This document shows positions 43,796 to 64,000 of a stretch of 64,000 bases of DNA, piece by piece. How positions within the stretch are numbered: position 1 is the first letter of the stretch; each line of letters begins with the position of its first letter. A program made the translations under genes and the position numbers. The DNA is from the human T2T-CHM13v2.0 reference genome, Homo sapiens. The stretch is taken from the NCBI RefSeq assembly GCF_009914755.1, contig NC_060930.1, one strand, 5' to 3'. The notes under the pieces were generated by a model. That model was not told the DNA's origin. It ran no database searches and saw only the letters and a program-made list of their open reading frames with translations.

Positions 43796-45825
43796 TCAGC
43801 TCTGGAGGTTTAGGTGGGACAGGCATCCCAACAAAGGACAGAGACTCATCAGAGACGCGGGGACGCTCACTGATGAAGGACCTGGGGGTGTGGCTGGGGA
43901 ATGTCTCCTTCGTGATGAATTCTTCTCAGTTTCCCTGTGTCCCTCGGTTGGAGGCCGCTGCTCCGACTTCTCATTTCCCGCTCCTGCTTCATCTCTTGGA
44001 ATAGTGTTTGGCACATTATAGTATCTGCTTCTACTATCGTCTTCCCAACTGGAACACGAGCCCCGCGGGGCTGGGGACAAGGTCTTACCTTGCATCCCAA
44101 TAAATGAGCATTTCATTTAAATTGTGTTTAAAATCGTGGCTTGCTGGATGATGGCTGAACCGTGTCAGCTGGTGTCGGTGGTAGATACATTGTGGTAAAA
44201 GCTTTTTCCTTCCTCCCGACCCCACCTCCAATCCTTGCAGTTTACTGTTACACACCCTAGACTTGACTTGGGAAGTAAACAGCGCCAGCTTAAGGAAGCA
44301 CGTGGCCTATTGATAAAGGATTGGGCTGAATGTTTAGAGCCAAATGCACCCTTCGGTTAAAGTGCTGAAGGATTCAATGCGCACCTTCGGGTGCTTAGCA
44401 CAGAGCTGCTGAGAAGGAATAAAGTAGGGTCGGATTAGGAATAAAAAGTTTAAAGTATGATCCTTTCCCCACGCGGCTTACACACAGGCTGTGGGTATCG
44501 GTCATCACCGCAAAGCAGCCAGAGTCCCACAGAGTGTGCGGCCGAGTACTGAGTGACAGAGAAATTCCTGTGGGCAAGAGAGTCACAGAGTGGCTAGAGC
44601 TTGAGCTGGGTGGAGTTTAGTTACATACGTCACCTACACGTAGCCCTTGGCAGTCTCCAAGTACTTTCAGGCCGTTGGTCGTCCCAGGAGGACCTGAAGA
44701 GGAAGCTGCGGGGGGCACCACCGCCCAGTCTAGTTAAACGATGGCTTTTAGTAAGCGTTGGATTTGGGCAGAAGGTCTCAGTCTTTGGGTTACACCAGGC
44801 TGCTGCTCAGGTCAGTGGAGAAGCACAGGCAAGGGCACTGTGGTGGGGAAACCACCCTCGGGGATCGTGTGACCTTGTTTTGGGGAAGAAGGAAGTGGAG
44901 CAGCACAGTTCATGCCGACACGTGTCTTCTCAGAGGGCCCTGTCTCAATATGAATACGCTGAGGGTCGAAGGGAAACATCAAAATTGTGCTGTTAGAAGT
45001 GAACAGAAAAATGGAAGAATTTGTGCAACTTGCTGTCTATCTATAGAGTTAGGGGAGACTTTAAATATAAATCTCTGCAAGAATTCATTCTGGGGTAATA
45101 TTGTTTAGCATTCAGGATCATCGTGTTTTTATAAACAGTGGAGCATATGGTTCTTATGAAATCAGAACATTGTTGGTTTTTATAACAGCTTTTTATGGAA
45201 CTAACGAATGTCAAAATATTTTATTTCCATTCTAAAAAAAATTCCAACACTTTCAGCCCTTAACTTATTTTAAAAATAAATTTGTATGAGGGGGAAAGTT
45301 CAATTTTACTATTCAGAAAAAATATTAATAGGTCCAGGGTAAGAAGAAGGTTATTTTCTAAGTGAAATAAAAATATTATTTAAAAAAGGCAAACCAAAAG
45401 TAATGCCACTGATCCAAAATGCAAGGAGAAAAAGAATAAGTCATGTTCATTGTTTTGAGAAGAATTCATTTATCAGGAAGCTGAAGGACTGCTGGCTGTA
45501 TTCTTGTAGAACAGGAATTTACAATGTGATATTCCTAACTGACACATTTGTGTGAAATTTCTATAGTCGTTCAAGTTCAAGCATTTTTCTGAGCACCTAT
45601 TATGTGCCAGGCACCCTGTTAGACACAAGGGATGTAGGTGAGAGGAAGGCAGCATTTTTGCCACCAAGACCTAGAGCTGTAGGGACCGTTCCCAGGAGGC
45701 TGCGCTGAGCTCAGAAGCCACCAACACAGCAGTGGGGCAGGAGGCAGAGATGGGGGAGGCCCTCGACCTGGGGCTTGACAGCTCAGCTAACCAGGAGTTA
45801 ACCAGGCAGAGAAAAAGGGAAAGGT

Positions 45826-46108
45826 GGCCGGGGGTGGTGGCTCACGCCTGTAATCCTAGCACTTTGGGAGGCAGAGGCGGGCAGATTGCCTGAACTCAGG
45901 AGTTCGAGACCACCCTGGGCAACATGGTGAAATCCCGTCTCCACTAAAATACAAAAAATTAGCTGGACGTGGTGGCACACACCTGTAGTCCCAGCTACTT
46001 GAGAGGCTGAGGCAGGGAGAATCGATTGAACCAAGGAGACAGAGGTTGCAGTGAGCTGAGATTGGGCCATTGCACTCCAGCCTGGGCGACAGAGCAAGAC
46101 TCTGTCTC

Positions 46109-46139
<31 letters not shown>

Positions 46140-46140
46140 G
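45826..46140 (+). mobile_element. Alu
   Basis: Dimeric consensus; TSD AGAAAAAGGGAAAGG. Confidence 0.94.
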
Positions 46141-46885
46141 AAAGAAAAAGGGAAAGGAGATTCCAGGTTGGGGGGAAAATGGTCAAAGTTATGAAGAAAA
46201 AGAATGAGAATGACAGGGTCCAAGCACAGGAGCCTTGGGTGTGGCTGGACATGACTGTGGGAGGTGGGTGCTGGGGGTGCCAGGTCCCAGGGCCAGCTTC
46301 CCACTGGCACCGGGACCGCCCCTCCTCCCCGGACAGCCGCGTGGGCAAGGCCGGCTTCCCTCCACATCCCCACGGAGCACGAGGTCAGATGCATGGGTTG
46401 TTCCGGTCCGTGGGTGAGAAACGGGTTCTCTGTGTCGCGTCTCTTCAGAGCGAAGTTGAGTCTTTTCGTGTGCTTCTGACATTCGCATCTTTTTTTCTGT
46501 GCATTCTTCACTTCTCTACAAGGACTGACCTTTCCCTTCTCTATCTCTAGGAGCACTTGATAGAACAGAAATATTTAAGCCGCCGCTACTTTCTCAGTCT
46601 GTCGTTTGCTTCTGGTGTCTTTGAGCCACACGAACATGTTTACATGATCGTAGGTAAAAAGGCTGCCAGGTTCCAGAAGAACCCCCCTGTGGACTCTGCT
46701 GGGACACGCATGGCCGGGTGGTTTTCATTAAACTCGTGGTCTGTTGGGAATGTGTCCTAGTCCATTTTATAAAGAATTGACCCCATTTTATCTTTTTATA
46801 TCTATTCATTTACTGCAACGCCACTTATTTTTTAAAATATTAATTAAAAATAATATTTTAAAATTTATTTATTTAAAAAAAGGAT

Positions 46886-47003
46886 ATAGAGATGGAGTTT
46901 TGCCCGTTGCCCAGGCTGGTCTCAAACTCTTGGGCTCAAATGATCTGTCCACCTTGGCCTCCCAAAGTGCTAGGATTACAGGCGTGAGCCATCGTGCCCG
47001 GCC
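46886..47003 (-). mobile_element. Alu monomer (FLAM-like)
   Basis: Reverse left arm. Confidence 0.8.
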
Positions 47004-48239
47004 TGTAACACCACTTATTAAAACACCTCTCTCCCCACTGACCTGAGATGCCCCTTTATCTGACAGCCCGTTGCCACATGGAGTTGTATCTGTCTTCCTT
47101 CGGCCTACTTACTAATTCACGCAGCAAGACCAAGCTGTCATAGATAGAGTCTCAGAGAAGGTTCCAGTGTCTGAGCCCGTCCCATCCCAGTTCCTCTATT
47201 TTCCAGGGCTTCTTTCTATTCTCGTTCTTTTATTTTGCCAAAAAAAATTGTAACAAAACTTTGGAGCTCCAGGAAAAACCTGACAGCATATATAGTATTT
47301 TGGGGGGGATTGAGGTAAGTTTATAAACCAACTTTGGAAAAACTGGCATCTTCATGAGTTGACTCTTCTATTCAGGAACATGCCGTGACTTTTCACTTGT
47401 TTGAGTTTAATCATGTATTTTCAGGAGCCTTTTTATCATTTTCTTCATGAAGGATTAGAACATTTCTTATTAAGTTTATTTCCAGGCATATTTTTGTTGC
47501 TATCACTGATAGAGTCTCATCTCCCAGCATGTCTTCTAACTCTGTTTGTATATATAGAGGCTATGGATGTTTTTACATTAATTTTATGACCTGCTGTTTT
47601 GTTAAATTATTTTACTGATTTAGTAATTTTCTTTGTCTTTTCATTTTGGATTTCTCAGATGTATGGCCATATTAGCTCCAAGTAGAGATTGTTTTGCCTT
47701 TTCTGATTCTTATGTCACTAATTGATTTCTTTTGTTCAACTGCATAAGCCAATCATAGCTCGTTGCAATATTAAATAGTATTGCAGGTAAAGAGTATTGC
47801 AGGTAGTTGGCATCTTGGACTTTTCCCTCCTATTATGGGAAAAACTCCAGTATTCTTTAAAGGTAAGATGTACACAAAACCTAAAATATTTACGATCTAG
47901 TTTTTTCAGAAATAGTTTGCCAACCCTTGCCATAGATTAGGAAACTTAGAAGGCAGCAACCCTGTGCAATGTAGATGCCATGATGAATTATTATTTCTAA
48001 AACACCAGCTGGAAAAAGTAACTTAACTAGACAATTAAGGAAATGCGAACACTGACTTTTGGATGGTGTTAAAGAATAACTAACATTCATGTTAAGGCAT
48101 GGTCGTGGTAATACTGTTACGTTTTCAAGTCATGATCCTTTACAGATATACTGGCCTTCCCAGCTGACATGGACCTCAGGTCAGCTTCAGCGTGAGAAGC
48201 AGGCCAGGCCTGGGTCTGGAGCCGTCCTGGCCTTCCCAG

Positions 48240-63918
<15,679 letters not shown>

Positions 63919-63987
63919 ATGCATTAACAAGTTTTTCTCCTAAAACTGTGTTTCTTGTCCTTGCTTTATAATGCATATGTGCTTAGA

Positions 63988-63993
63988 AATAAA
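63988..63993 (+). terminator. Polyadenylation signal AATAAA of KIF25
   Basis: AATAAA about 70 nt after the stop codon. Confidence 0.8.
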
Positions 63994-64000
63994 CAGGTTT

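Noticed and set aside
45798-46556. 252-aa ORF and other ORFs containing SASQVAG/LTSGDPP-type peptides
   Set aside because: Alu-derived chance ORFs.

Overview
This window is human-type genomic DNA rich in Alu, L1, LTR and MER elements, with an unusually high number of VNTRs. It covers the + strand of the kinesin-14 gene KIF25 (6q27 as I recall). Eight GT-AG exons (48240-63918) join into a 1155-nt, 384-aa ORF matching the human KIF25 sequence I remember. That ORF has no stalk, no neck and no first motor beta-strand, and its start codon lies inside a 76-bp VNTR. The main observation is seven further exons upstream (3557-3622, 7788-7910, 10384-10522, 13227-13330, 18015-18103, 22270-22306, 36628-36695). 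They are stop-free and phase-compatible, and encode a coiled-coil stalk, the kinesin-14 neck (RRKVPHNSLVELKRNIRVHCRIRP) and the start of the motor. They join in frame to exon 49507, giving at least 562 aa. Every splice junction in this chain is canonical except one: the 37-nt exon at 22270 is followed by CTGAGT instead of GTGAGT. The locus therefore looks like a full-length kinesin-14 cut by a single splice-donor mutation and restarted from an exonised tandem repeat. The very long ORFs at 13.2-16.5 kb are minisatellite artefacts. Repeat subfamily names and repeat boundaries were judged by eye and are approximate.
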